This document shows, piece after piece, positions 1 through 11,700 of a DNA stretch of 64,000 bases (positions are counted from its first letter, which is position 1; every line of letters begins with the position of its first letter). A model generated the notes under the pieces. It was given only the letters and a program-made list of their open reading frames with translations. It ran no database searches and was not told the origin of the DNA. This stretch comes from Takakia lepidozioides. Lineage: Eukaryota; Plantae; Bryophyta. The position numbers and the translations under genes were made by a program. The stretch is from contig CM060731.1 of NCBI GenBank assembly GCA_030704615.1, positions 61,504,001 through 61,568,000 of the forward strand. Reading direction: 5' to 3'.

Positions 1-3000
1 AAGTCGCGGGTAGCAGCGGAAGCGGCTGTAGCGGAGCCCATGTCCGGCCTCTACCAGCAGATGCAAACCTGGAAGCCTCTGGAGGCTCTCCTTGCCAATC
101 CGTCGGTTGTCTTGTCCGTCGAGGCCAATCAAGCACAGGTGCTTAATCGTGCCTGTTTCGGCAGACCGATTTTAGCCGCCTCTTCTCCATCTTTGCATTC
201 AGCTTCCTCGGCTCTTCATCGTAAGAGTCTGCTCATTCTCAGTGTATTGTGGTCCCCGTCTAACTCCACAGTGATGGTACAGGAATCTTGCCCGAGAGGT
301 AGGGGCAAATTTGGACAGAAGCTCATCGTTAGCAGAACAAGCTTAAAAATCTGAAGATGTCTTTGCAAATTCTTCAACCTGCTATGGTTTGGACAGTTTA
401 GAATCACCAGTGACCACGATTATCTGACCATTCTGGCTAGCTTGACCCTTATGTGCATTTTGAACAAGCTTAAAAATCTGAAGATGTCTTTGCAAATTCC
501 TCAACCTGCTATGGTTTCTACAGTTTAGAATCACCAGTGACCACGATTATCTGACCATTCTGGCTAGCTTGACCCTTATGTGCATTTTGAACAAGCTTAA
601 AAATCTGAAGATGTCTTTGCAAATTCTTCAACCTGCTATGGTTTCTACAGTTTAGAATCACCAGCGACCACGTTATGTGACCATTCTGGCTAGCTTGACC
701 CTCATGTGCATTTTGAAAGGGCCAGATCTTTCTAAAATTTCTGCCAGATTAAACCCTTCCACTCAATACTTTAAAGTTTTTTTCTCACAACACTTGTTGT
801 CTCGTCCTATTTTCTTTGTTTTGCATGCGTTCTTCTCTAGGCTTTCTGTGGATGCCTGTCTCTTTTCCTGGAGTTGGCCAACGTTTACTACATCAAATCC
901 TACTCCCAGCTTCTGGCAATGCTACGGAGGGTTTGCAATCCCCTTCTTAGGTTGTGGAGGGTGGCACTTGCATAATGCGAATAGTGGTATATGTGAAGGT
1001 TCACCTAGAGATCTGAACTTGGACCATTCCGGGGAGGCACAAAGGTTTCAACTGGGTTTTGAGGAGGCATTCTTTCTCGCGTTTGAGTTGAAGTGCATTT
1101 GCATCTACCAAAAGATCCCCCAGGTTATCTACGTAGCCTTTCGGGGTCCCATGTGGTGAATGCACTAGCTGTCCTTCTCACGCTTTTGCTCTGGTCAAAG
1201 GACTTCACATTGTCTTTTTTGCATTTCTCCAATCCACAAAATGCTCTGGAGAAATCCCTTTCTTTCTTCTTCTGTCAATTTTGTATATTCATCGTAGTCC
1301 CAAGACTTTTAGGGCTCTCCCATGACCCTGCCATGGCTGAACTCCATTGTTAACTGGGTAGGGGAGCGAGGTGTTGAGTGTGGAAGAGGTATGGAAGAGC
1401 ATGCAAAGCAGCAAGCGGGAGTTTGTGCAGCTGTACAAAGCCTATGCCCATTTCCGTGCCAAGCAATGGGTCGTCCGCTCAGGCCTTCAGTATGGGGCTG
1501 ATTTCATGGCCTATTGCCATCACCCAGCCCTCGTCCATTCAGAGTGGGTTTTCTATCTTGTGTCACAGTTGGTATATGTGTTAACACTCTTGGTCTTAAG
1601 TACTCGACATGCAACTTAACTTCTATCAACAAAACATTTCTGGGGAAATTTTTATTTCCCTCCTGAGCGTGAAATCCATTTGTCTCCCCTGTGCCAATCA
1701 AATCTGATTCTATGAGAGAGAGAATGTTCAGGGTGCAGGAGGCCCCTTTACCTACCCTTACAGCAAACCTCTTTGAGCAGATTTGTGTTAATGTTTGCTT
1801 TCTCTGGATAAACTAGAGCGAAAGTCGAGGTTATGCTTCACAAATCTTATGCTTAAGTAAAGTGCTGACTGTTGGGTTAGCTTCACTTGCTGAGTGCTAG
1901 CTGAATATCATATCTGATTTTTTCTGTGACTTTCAGAGAAGTGGCAGAACTCGATACATAGATTTATATAATGATATGCCTGAATTTGATTGTAGCATTA
2001 TATGTGATCTACACCCACTGTTGGGCAGTGGGAAGCTGGTCACTGCCTTTGTGATTTACAATACAATGCACTCCCTATGTTGTGGTAATTTGGGTTTTAA
2101 CTTGGACAGGTGCTGTTACCTTTTAATGTATGTATGGAGTTGTTTCTCTGTACTTACAAATGTGCTTCTATTAGAGAGGGCAATTCAAGAACTGGTTGTG
2201 GCACCAATGATCACAAGGTTAAAAATAGCACCGATAAAAATGAAATAAAAATAGCATCTCTCACTTTTCCTCATCATCTTTCTTGGGGCATAGAATTCTG
2301 TGCTTAATACTGCAAGGAAGTCCTTGAGATAATTTTGACGCAGGATTCTCCCATGCTTTCGTAGAATTAGAAAACTTGAATTGGTTTGGCGAGTAGCCTG
2401 ATATTCTCCTGGGTCGGGACATATGCAGCTATGCTGTAGTGGTAATGGCAGAAGGGCAGTTGCAGAGATTGAATACGTGGACTGAAGTTCAAGCTATGAG
2501 TCGCTTGTCTGGGAGTGTTGCCAAGGTTTATCGCAAACCCTCTTTGTCTGGGATCTCCCCCGTCTTTTCCTCATGTAAAATCAATTTCGTATGCTATTGA
2601 AGCTATTAATTGCTTTGGAGGTAAAACAATGTACACCAGAGAATTAATTTGACATTTCTGAACTCTTGGATGCAGTTGCACCCACAAATTTGGATTGATG
2701 TTACCAGTCCAATGTTCTAGGAGGCTCCTTCTCAATGATCCTCATCACAGTGTCGCTCTGTAGTTTTCTCTGTATAGTACTGGGCTTGGGGTCTATGGCC
2801 AGAAGGCTACAGCAAACGATGTCTTACGAGTACATATCTGTGTACAGTGTATAGACTCTGACAACTATTGCCACTCTTGAAGAGCTGGCACCAGCACTGC
2901 AAATCGTCATTAGTACATAACAGGTTAGGTTCTTTTTTCTAGGAATTCTTACATAATTATTTGGTTGTGCAGACATTGTTGCTACTTCATGTCATACCAG

Positions 3001-3182
3001 AGAGGGATGGCATAGATACATCAACTCCAGAGTGCTTAGGGGACTTTGCTGTAGAGGCTGTCGAAGTCCAACGTTGGCTCCCAGAGAAACACCGGGGGGA
3101 GAGTGGGGATCTTGTCGCTCAACATCAAGAGAGAGGGAGGGAGGCAGAGGAGGCAAGACCAGGGCATGGTGCTCCATTCTGA
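1..3182 (+). CDS. SEN2: tRNA-splicing endonuclease subunit Sen2 (5'-partial, 5 exons visible)
   Basis: Frame open from base 1 (KSRVAAEAAVAEPMSGL..LNRACFGRPI). Exons ~1-220, ~1011-1123 (FQLGFEEAFFL), 1362-1543 (LYKAYAHFRAKQWVVRSGLQYGADFMAYCHHPALVHS), 2429-2525 (YAVVV..SRLSGSVAK), 2973-3182 (TLLLLH..VQRWLPE). GT-AG junctions are phase-compatible and the Tyr/His/Lys catalytic motifs are present. Confidence 0.92.
335..717. repeat. Tandem repeat, 3 x 127 bp, in SEN2 intron 1
   Basis: Unit GAACAAGCTTAAAAATCTGAAGATG...ATGTGCATTTT starts at 335, 462 and 589, with few substitutions. Confidence 0.95.
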
Positions 3183-3195
3183 TTCAGGGTAGGTA

Positions 3196-3920
3196 CCGTC
3201 CCTGGACAACCGTTTAGGCGATAATTAATTCAAAATGCCTAATCAATTCTGTGAATTTTTCAGATTTTGGCCTAATTGTTGGGAAATTATGGGACCAGAG
3301 TGCCTAATGCCCAAAAATTTCACCAAAAAACTTGCAAGCCTCTTCTCATGTTGTTTGTAATAAGATCAAAATTTCTTTGAACAAAAATCAATACAAATAT
3401 GTGTGCGGAAATAACTAGCCTACCAGCCTACCACAACTCAAGAGTACCATTATGTAAGAGGATGCACCGTGCACCATGTATACCAATATGAAAACCAGTG
3501 TACCCAATGACCAATGTACCAAAGCCCTGAACTGGTGTGCCTACCCAATGACCAATGTACCAAGGCCCTGTGCCTACACTAGTGTGGACTATCAATATTG
3601 AACTCACCTACTTAAAGTGTGAGAGCGAAGGGAGAGCTTGCCTATACCAGCTTGAGCGTTGGAGCACCGTGCACAACAAAGAGGGTTTCAAAGGAAATGA
3701 AAGGTAGCTGGAGCCTGGAAGGGCCCATGGGCATTGGGTGTCTATTTTGTAATTTTATTCTTAAGAAAATAAATGTTTTCTCTTCTCATGTGCCTAATTC
3801 TAAAAAATTATAGCATGAAGATGCCTAATTTGAGAAATTGTTTTCAAAACATGCCTAATTTTCTGGTTGATTGATTTTATTATTAGGCGCAAAATTGCCT
3901 ACACGGTTGTCCAGGGACGG
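3196..3920. mobile_element. Tc1/mariner (Stowaway-like) MITE
   Basis: TIR CCGTCCCTGGACAACCGT(T/G)TAGGC at both ends; TA flanks at 3194-3195 and 3921-3922; no coding capacity. Confidence 0.85.
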
Positions 3921-6034
3921 TATATACACACTGTCAATACTTGAAGCGAATTTGTACCAAGTTGAGAGTTCCAATGCCTTCAGACCAGTGACTGAGTTTT
4001 CACAACCTCTAGTCTCCCAGAAAATGGACTAGCAAGTCGTTTACCAATGCTATTCCAGAATATGACAGTCCCTATAGTGTCTGTCTTTGTAGGGGGCTGT
4101 TCTGACTTCAGTTGTAGTCTTCACTGAAGTTGGTAGCTAGCACATGTTGTTAATCTCTCTTTCTTCCTTATTTACTTGCTGCTTCCCCCGCAGCTGCAAT
4201 GTGTTGCCCAAGGCAAATGAGGTACTTGGTTCCAGGGAGCAGATGTGTACACCGAAGCATATGTGAAAGCGTCAAACACATGCCTGCCATTCTCTTACTA
4301 CGGGCTGCTCTTGTGCTCACAGTAGCAGGAATGCTGGTATGTACCATGTGCACCACTTCCTCGGTCTCTCTTACAGCTTTTGGCAAAAGAGTGACAAATT
4401 TTGGGAACAGATGTGGTTAAACTTTGTAGCTGCCACACAAGGCTGGACGATCTTGATCCTTAGGGTCGGATGGATCGTGCACCAGCATCCTAATCAACAT
4501 TAGGTGGGAAGATTCAGCGTAGACTAAAAAAAAAGGTTGACTCTCACAGAAGCAAGTGGAAATTATGGTGCCACTTCACCTAAGATTCTATTCCCTTCCA
4601 TTTTGAAGATGGACACCTTCTAACAGCCATAACTCGGGGAATGCCGTTGCCCACACGTCTCACTAGGACTTGACAGTCTCCAGGTACCCACATATTATAT
4701 GACTGGTTGACCTAGTGACACTCTTCTTATACTGAGTTGGCTACAATGGGTGATATCCAACATCAACCCATGGGGCTATGAACCCCCGACCCCTTAGGGG
4801 GGCTTGTGTTTCCTGTAGGTTGATCATTTCGTTGGGAAAGGCTGCTCTCAGTTGAATGTATTGATTACAAGTGAAACCGTTCAACAATTTTAGCGACACT
4901 ACAAGATTTTGAGATGAATGGTCAAGAATAACCTGGAAATGCAAATCTCATCTAAAAAGATCACGGGTGGAGCTAGACATAGGATGGGAGTTGAATGTGC
5001 GCCTGCAGGATGCCCTTTGCGGGCCCACAGTCAAATCCCTACCCCAGATTCTAGTGACGACGACAGGTCGGAGATAGTTTGAAATACAGCCCCAGTTGAT
5101 TGTGGCTTCGATAAATGCCTGTTCTTCCCTGTTCTACTGCCAGGTCCCCTTGGATCCATACCAGGACCCACTGCACACATAATAGACCCCTGCTCCAACC
5201 ACACTCGCCACTGTCCGACATTTCTTAAGCAAAAATCGAATTCGAGCCTCTATTGACGACTGGATCTTCTTGTGGAAACCTGTCTCGTCTTTCCAGGCCT
5301 GACTGGCCCAGACATCAAAATTGAGGACTTTGACTGCAATGCTTGTCTCAGGATGTAGGCATTTCCAGGAGACAAAGGCACAGACCCAACTTGCCTACTG
5401 ATAAAATCCCCTGTGGTCTCTGATGCCTCATCAGAATGAGATCCATTGGAGACAGGAACAGGAGTGCCTACAGTTGGTGGCTGTGGAAAATCATCCAAGC
5501 AGAAACACAGCAACTGGTGTACACTGCCTAGGGAACAAGATGGGGGCTGAACCTAACATAAGAGCTTGTTGATGCTTGCCGCCCCGTGGCGCACTTGCAT
5601 TCCTTCCTGAGGCATTGCTGGAGGCCAGAGACACGGGATGCCTGTAATCAGCAATCTTCGCGTCCATGATCAGCAATCTGAAGCTGCACTAACTGAGGTT
5701 AGATGATTACCAAGATGCATACAATTGGCTTCCAACTCTCTAAGAACTTCTTGCTACTTCCTAAACAGAGTCAGACCTGATGATATGGCATGAGGCGGGA
5801 AAAACATATGTTGGGTCAAACGGGCCCCAAAATTTGTATCTTTCAGTTTGTCTTGTTCCTTATCTCTCAATCCAAATGGTGGTGCCACCAGAATATTAGG
5901 ATTAAGGTGGTGTTGCTTCCACTGTAGAGTGCATTGAGGCAATATGCTTCAGATTACCAAACATCAACAGATCAACAATAGTCATCCTTCAGAAGACCAA
6001 ACTCCATCATAGTGAGAAGTGAGGCTCAAACATA

Positions 6035-6759
6035 CCTGAATCAAAACAGTCAATTGCTGATCTTGGTAGGTAGTGAAACACCTGTGACTTCTTAGTGGGG
6101 ATGACTGTGTTTCTTGGGATCAACTTTGTCATGACTCCACCCACTGTTTCAGTTCCCATAGTCAAGGGAGTCACATCCAGCAGAAGGATATCTGCACATT
6201 CAGCACCCAGTTTTAGTTACATGGCAGAACTCTTCCGTGGGCTAACAACACATCAACAACTGCTGGTACTTCTTTGCTTGGCAAATCTCCAGGAAGTGAA
6301 TGGTCCGCTGAAAATACCACCCTGCACAGCTGCTACAAAGGCAACTGCCTCATCTGGGTTAACGCACTTGCTTGCTTCTTTGCCATCAAAGTAATCCTTC
6401 AACAACTGCTGAACCTTGGGAATGTGTGTGCTACCACCGACAAGAACAATCTCATGAATTTCAGACTTTTGAAGCCCTGCGTCCTCCATAGCCTTCTTCA
6501 CAGGCCCCATGGTCTTTCTAAAGAGGTCATTGTTCAACTCCTCAAAGCGGGCACGAGTCAGAGGCTCAGAAAAGTCAATGCCATCAAATAGAGACTCAAT
6601 CTCCACATGGACTTGATGGTGGTTGCTGAGAGCTCTCTTTGCCCGCTCAGCCTCCCGTCTGGGCTTGCCAATTGCCCTCTTATCCTTTCTGATGTCCTTG
6701 TTGTACTTCTTGATGAGCTTGATGAAGTATTCCAGGATCCACTGGTCAAAGTCCTCTCC
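6035..6759 (-). pseudogene. BIP: Luminal-binding protein (BiP/HSP70) gene fragment, two exons with the intron retained
   Basis: [68 protein letters not shown] (6759-~6303), then [39 protein letters not shown] (~6191-6035) with a frameshift. No 5' or 3' BiP exons found. Several normally invariant residues are substituted. Confidence 0.88.
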
Positions 6760-6929
6760 TGTACCTATCCGCACTGTTGCGAATATGGCTCAAGCAGGCT
6801 GCTAACTCTTCCAGAGACGGTTTAGAAACACCAACCCATAAAGAAATTGGAATAAGCTGCAGAGAAAGGATCCAGAGAGATCAATAGCAGAGGACAGAGG
6901 GATGAGTTACCTGAACAATAGGGTTTGTT

Positions 6930-8105
6930 GATTGATTGCTGCAAGTCATTTTTGGACACTACTGGTGTTGTTGTAAATATGAAATTGCTCAGAACCAGGA
7001 CTGCTCAGGAAAATGCTACTAGCACTCCTAAAAATTTGGCCATTTCAGACCTTGCATTTAGTACTAGACTTTTGTCCTCAATTATATTCAACTTCAGTTC
7101 TTTCTTCAAGAAACTTTGGACGGCCCTCCTCATGTTTAAGGCATCTTGTTTACTCCCTTTAACCCCTAACATGATGCTATCTGCATATCGGAGGTACTTC
7201 AGTCTTTTGAACCCTTCGTCTGCTTGGCAGCTAGGGCTTCCCGACAAACTGAGGCGCAGGTTGCCTACATTATACTCAGGTGTTAGATCAGACTCAACAT
7301 AGCAGTCCAAGTCATGCAGGAAAATATTTGCACACAACGGGGATATAATAGAGCCCATTAGAGCCCCTCTGTTGTATTGTGTGTAATCTGAAAGGTTGTG
7401 TAAATCGACGTAGCCTGCGTTCAGCAGCTTTCGCATAAGATCCTGTAGGGATTTCGATGGCAGCACTTGCGACATTTGCTTCAGAAGCAAACTGTGGTGA
7501 ATCTTGTCAAACTGTTTTTCAATATCGATCTGAACAATCCAAGTGATTGCCATCCACGAGTGCCGGAGCTCTCGGAGAGCTGTATGACAGCTTCGTCCAG
7601 GACGAAAACCATGGCTTTGATTCTCTGAAAATTGGCTCAACTACTGGTTCCACCAGCCCTTTCAAAGTGGATAGCACAACCTTGTCAGCCATTGAAGCCA
7701 CAGAACAGGCCTACCGCCATCCGGAGTAGGAATCATAATTCTTTAGGAAGGAGTTGGTGCATAAGTCTGCCTTCTCAACTCTTTGGATAGGTTCTCAAGG
7801 CCCTTCTCCGACATTTCTGCTCTGGCTCTCCCGTCGATTCCAGGAGATGCAGTTGCCTTCAATTTGTAGTACCCAGCCCGAAGATTATCTATGTTGTAAA
7901 TGTCCTCATAATTGATGCAATCGCGGTCGGGATACGATGAGAACCCGATGGCTGCTTGCCATTGACAGCCATAACAGGAAAACTCCAGTCCAGCCTTGCA
8001 GCACTCATGTCTGCCACCCAACATCTGCACACTGACACCTTGGAAGCAATGTCGCCCTGCACGCACCGTCAACCCCATGCACCACACCGTCAGCTGCAAG
8101 CTCAA
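6930..8105 (-). pseudogene. Group II intron-type reverse transcriptase/maturase (nuclear maturase-like), disrupted
   Basis: RT0 (YYKLKATASPGIDG), RT1-2 (RIMIPTPDGGRP..DKVV), SHGFRPGRSCHTAL, RT3 (IDIEKQFDKIHH), RT4 (GSIISPLCANIFLHDLD), RT5 YLRYADS (7176-7187), RT7 KFLG. In-frame TAA at 7743-7745 and two compensating frameshifts (~7706, ~7620). Confidence 0.88.
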
Positions 8106-8765
8106 GCTCGGGGCATGTCACAGAAACGAACCATACGCCTTGCCAGCAATAGTATATTTGCAGGTTGCAACAACAAAATGAAACACACGCATACACGGAC
8201 ATGTTTGCACCATCCTTACAACACTCCTGCTGCAAGCCGCGATCCCTCTCTCTCTCTCACTGTGGGAAATCTTTCAAGCAGCGCTACGCTAGGTGCGATG
8301 GCGCCAAAGGCATTCAGACATTCAGACCCTAAACCCCAGGGCCCAGCGTGCATAGATACATTCATCCGCAGCAGATTAAGAAAATTCTGAGACTTTAAAT
8401 GTACAGAACAGTAGAACAGATGATATACCACTGGGCTGCATCACTGTGGTCAGTTGAAGTCTGATGGGTGCTCACCAAAAGGAGAGCAAAATGTGAGCGA
8501 AGGAATACATAGTCACAGTGGGAGAGCTTGTCTTGTCTGTTCAGATCATCTTGCAGTGAGCTGTATGAAAGCGTATCGAGGCCGAAGTTGTTGCTCAAGG
8601 AGAAATTTGGGTTTCAGAATCGAGAGCATTCTGCAGTACGTGGCTTTGCATTTCTGCCTGAATCGTTGCGAATGTAGAAGAATGGTGGCGACTTGATGAT
8701 GTCGGAGGTCGCATTCGGAAGGAAGAAGGGAGAAGAGGAGGAGGGAGAGGGAGAGGGAGGGCGAG

Positions 8766-11700
8766 ATGGGAATGAGGCAGGCCATCATGCTGGATCCGCT
8801 TCCCCTGAAGCGCGTGTTTGCGTTGGAAGAGGCTGGCACCGAGCATTTGCCTCCGTACTCTCATCTATCCCCCTAGTAATTTTGTCCTGTGGTTGTGGGT
8901 ACCGTGTTTTCTGAGCATCGTGTGTGAAGGGCATGTTTGTTTCATCGTGTGCAAGTTGGAAGCTGTGAGGTCGGGAATCCTCTTCGTTAACACTTGCAAG
9001 CATTTTTGTCGAGCATTGTGTTAGTTCCGATGGCAGCTTACCTTGGCATGGTTTGATGTTGTGGACCAAACGATCAGAGAGCTCAGCCAAGACGAGAAGC
9101 CGCTGGCGTTGTTGGGGCGGATCGACTTCGGGCACGAAGCTAAGAAGGCGAAGACTGAAACTGCAAGCAGCAAGAAGGAGAACGAAGAAGAAGCCGTGCA
9201 GTCGTGGCAATGGCAGGTGTTGGTGGACCATCTGCAGCAGGCGGACCAGGAGCTTGCCATCGTCCTCGACTTAATCACCCATGTGTGTGGTAATCCTTTA
9301 CCTCATCAGAAATTTGGGCATACTCCTTGTACCCCATCTGCACGCAGGGATAAGAGGGATTCTTTATTTGCAGGGTCGATCAGCTTGTGATGAGCGGGTA
9401 GGTGCAGTCCCTGTAGACGGTTAAGGGCATAGAGCGATTGCTCTGCAGTTTATCTCTCTTAAGTAGGGAGAGGGCAGGGAGTAGTATATGACATCCCTCA
9501 GAAGTTAAGGCCCCCCTCCCAGGATATCAACTTTTTGAGGGTGAGGTCTCTATCGACGGGGCCATGTAACTTGGCTCAAAATTGCCATACCACCCAGCCC
9601 CACAATCCGTTGACAGGGAATTGAGTTTTGGCTGGTATTGCCATCAAACTAAGAAGCATGATGGTATTCCAGCCTTGCAACTGTAACCTTGTACTGGCTA
9701 ATGCAACTGGGATTCTACCACACACAGTAGGGAGGAGTAAGAAAGTGTGGGGTGGTAGCGAGGAGATCCGTGCAATTTAAATTGCTCCAAAGGCTTGTGC
9801 AGTGAAATCAACAACATAGTTATGGCATGCGCAGGTCGAAACCAACGAGGCAGTCACCGTAGCAAGTATGGTGCGCCCAAAGTTGCTTCCGCAAGAGGCA
9901 TGCTCAGACCTGGCTTTGCGGGCTTCCTCCAAGCTTCACCATTTTCGGGTATGTCCCATGCTCAGTTTGTTATTCTTCCACCGCTGGGTTCATCCTAAGG
10001 CCCCGAAATGTTATGTGGGCCATCTTGGAGAGAGTGGGGAGTATGCAGAGAGGGGACTGGAGGAAGATGGCTCTTCAGACAGGCTAAATAGTGGCTTTCT
10101 AAGCATTTTACTCTTGCATCCCAGCAAGACCGCACTCTCTTAGTGTGCACAGACAATGGTCTCAAGGCTAGGGCCAGTTCAATAGATGTAACATCTCTGT
10201 CTCTCTATTTCACACACACATGCACGCCCTTTGATAAACTAGTGGAACTCATGGACAACCTACAGAGCCTTCCTATACTGGTCAAGTTGGCTACTTAAAT
10301 CCCTGGGAAGAGGGACCCATGACCCGAAACAAGAGGGAATCCATATCTTTGGTCTGTTCATTTGCTCATGCATCACCATGGGTTTTACGAGTTAGAGGCA
10401 CTATTTGAAACCACGAAAACTTCTACATTGCACCTTCAGGCTGGAGGTCTTTCCTTGTTCAAGGCTTGAATATTGTTGTTGCTAGATTACCTGTCTTTTG
10501 AGATGGTAAGAGCCTTCTTGATGGTACTAGCCAATATCTGGCTGTTGTCCCCATTTTCTCTTGTTCTAGAGAGGGTGTGGACTTTTGCACCAGCTATAGC
10601 ACCCTCATCTCTTGAGTACATCTCTCGTCCTCTCTCCCACACACACAGACATTGTCATTGCAATTACCAAAACTCATACCCCAAACTCTGGACTAAGATT
10701 TTGGTGTTAAACAAGGAAAAGTTGCATTGCTAGAGTCATGGCTTGTGCAAAAGGGGTGGAGGGAGATTTGTCTGCTATTCTCTGTTCTTAAACTGGTCGC
10801 GTTGGTGCTATTTCATAGGATGTGGGGAAATATCTGAAGCGCTCTGCGCAAGCTTTGGAGCGCCAGGTTGAGCGTGAGGCAGTGTTTTATGGGGCTCTGA
10901 TGAGGTGCACACTACTCTTTCAACTTCTCTTTGCGTCCATTGACTTCACAGCATGTGGGTGAAGTCCTTGACCTAGTGCTAAGTAAACTCGTCATGTGTC
11001 CAGTAGTGGGGAAAGGTTAGTCCTTGGGTCACAGAGCTGCTTTGTCTACTTGTAGGGCTCAATGGGCTATGGTCTCCGTCTGTTGCCTGTTATGGATGAT
11101 GGGAAGTTTCGGTGGATGTGGGCGAGTGCAGACTGCAGCGCAACTGGAAGGTGAAGAGACAACGGGGGATCGCAGCTGGTCCAGGTGGGAGCGCAGGCTT
11201 CTCAATTGATGTGGGCACTACTGAAGGATCACCATGCGCGGTGACAATAGACCAAGACACCTCTGGCTTGCTAGTTGCTCACACTCCTACTGCACAGCCC
11301 CTCAGACGACTCCATGTCACTCTCTGCTCAGCGCCCCCTCCTTCGGAGTCAGGGGAAGTCCTAGACCCAGTAGAGCCCACTGTGACGGTAGACAGCACAG
11401 AGAAGCCAGATGCACAAAAGGCATCTGACCGGGGCATTGGCGAGGGAGTAGACAAAGGCGCTAAAAGTGCCCAGGCGGTGCTTCGGCACATTCAGGCAGC
11501 TATCTTTGATGAGCAGGTGCATCGTCTTTTGGGCTCGTCTGCCTACCCATGCAACAGTCTTCCGTTTGTACTCACATTTGTAATCATACTTAGCAAGGAT
11601 TTTTGAAAATTCAACCCATAGGTCCATGTGAAAGCTACTTCAACTACTTACTGGGGCTTCTGTCCATATCCTGGAGGCTGCGGGCCTGCAAAGCAAAGTG

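Noticed and set aside
335-717. Tandem units (also 15281-15822 and 62907-63285) as CRISPR-like arrays
   Set aside because: No unique spacers; whole units repeat; eukaryotic context.
4100-5750. Minus-strand coding-like stretch, possibly a decayed LINE ORF1
   Set aside because: Only fragmentary reading frames; no motif I can name with confidence.
7743-7745. TAA in the maturase as an organellar U-to-C editing site
   Set aside because: The context is nuclear and two frameshifts are also present, so ordinary decay is the simpler explanation.
8785-9231. Antisense ORFs overlapping MED17, JASON-like, BiP and RBR exons
   Set aside because: Shadow ORFs of real coding exons with no independent motifs.
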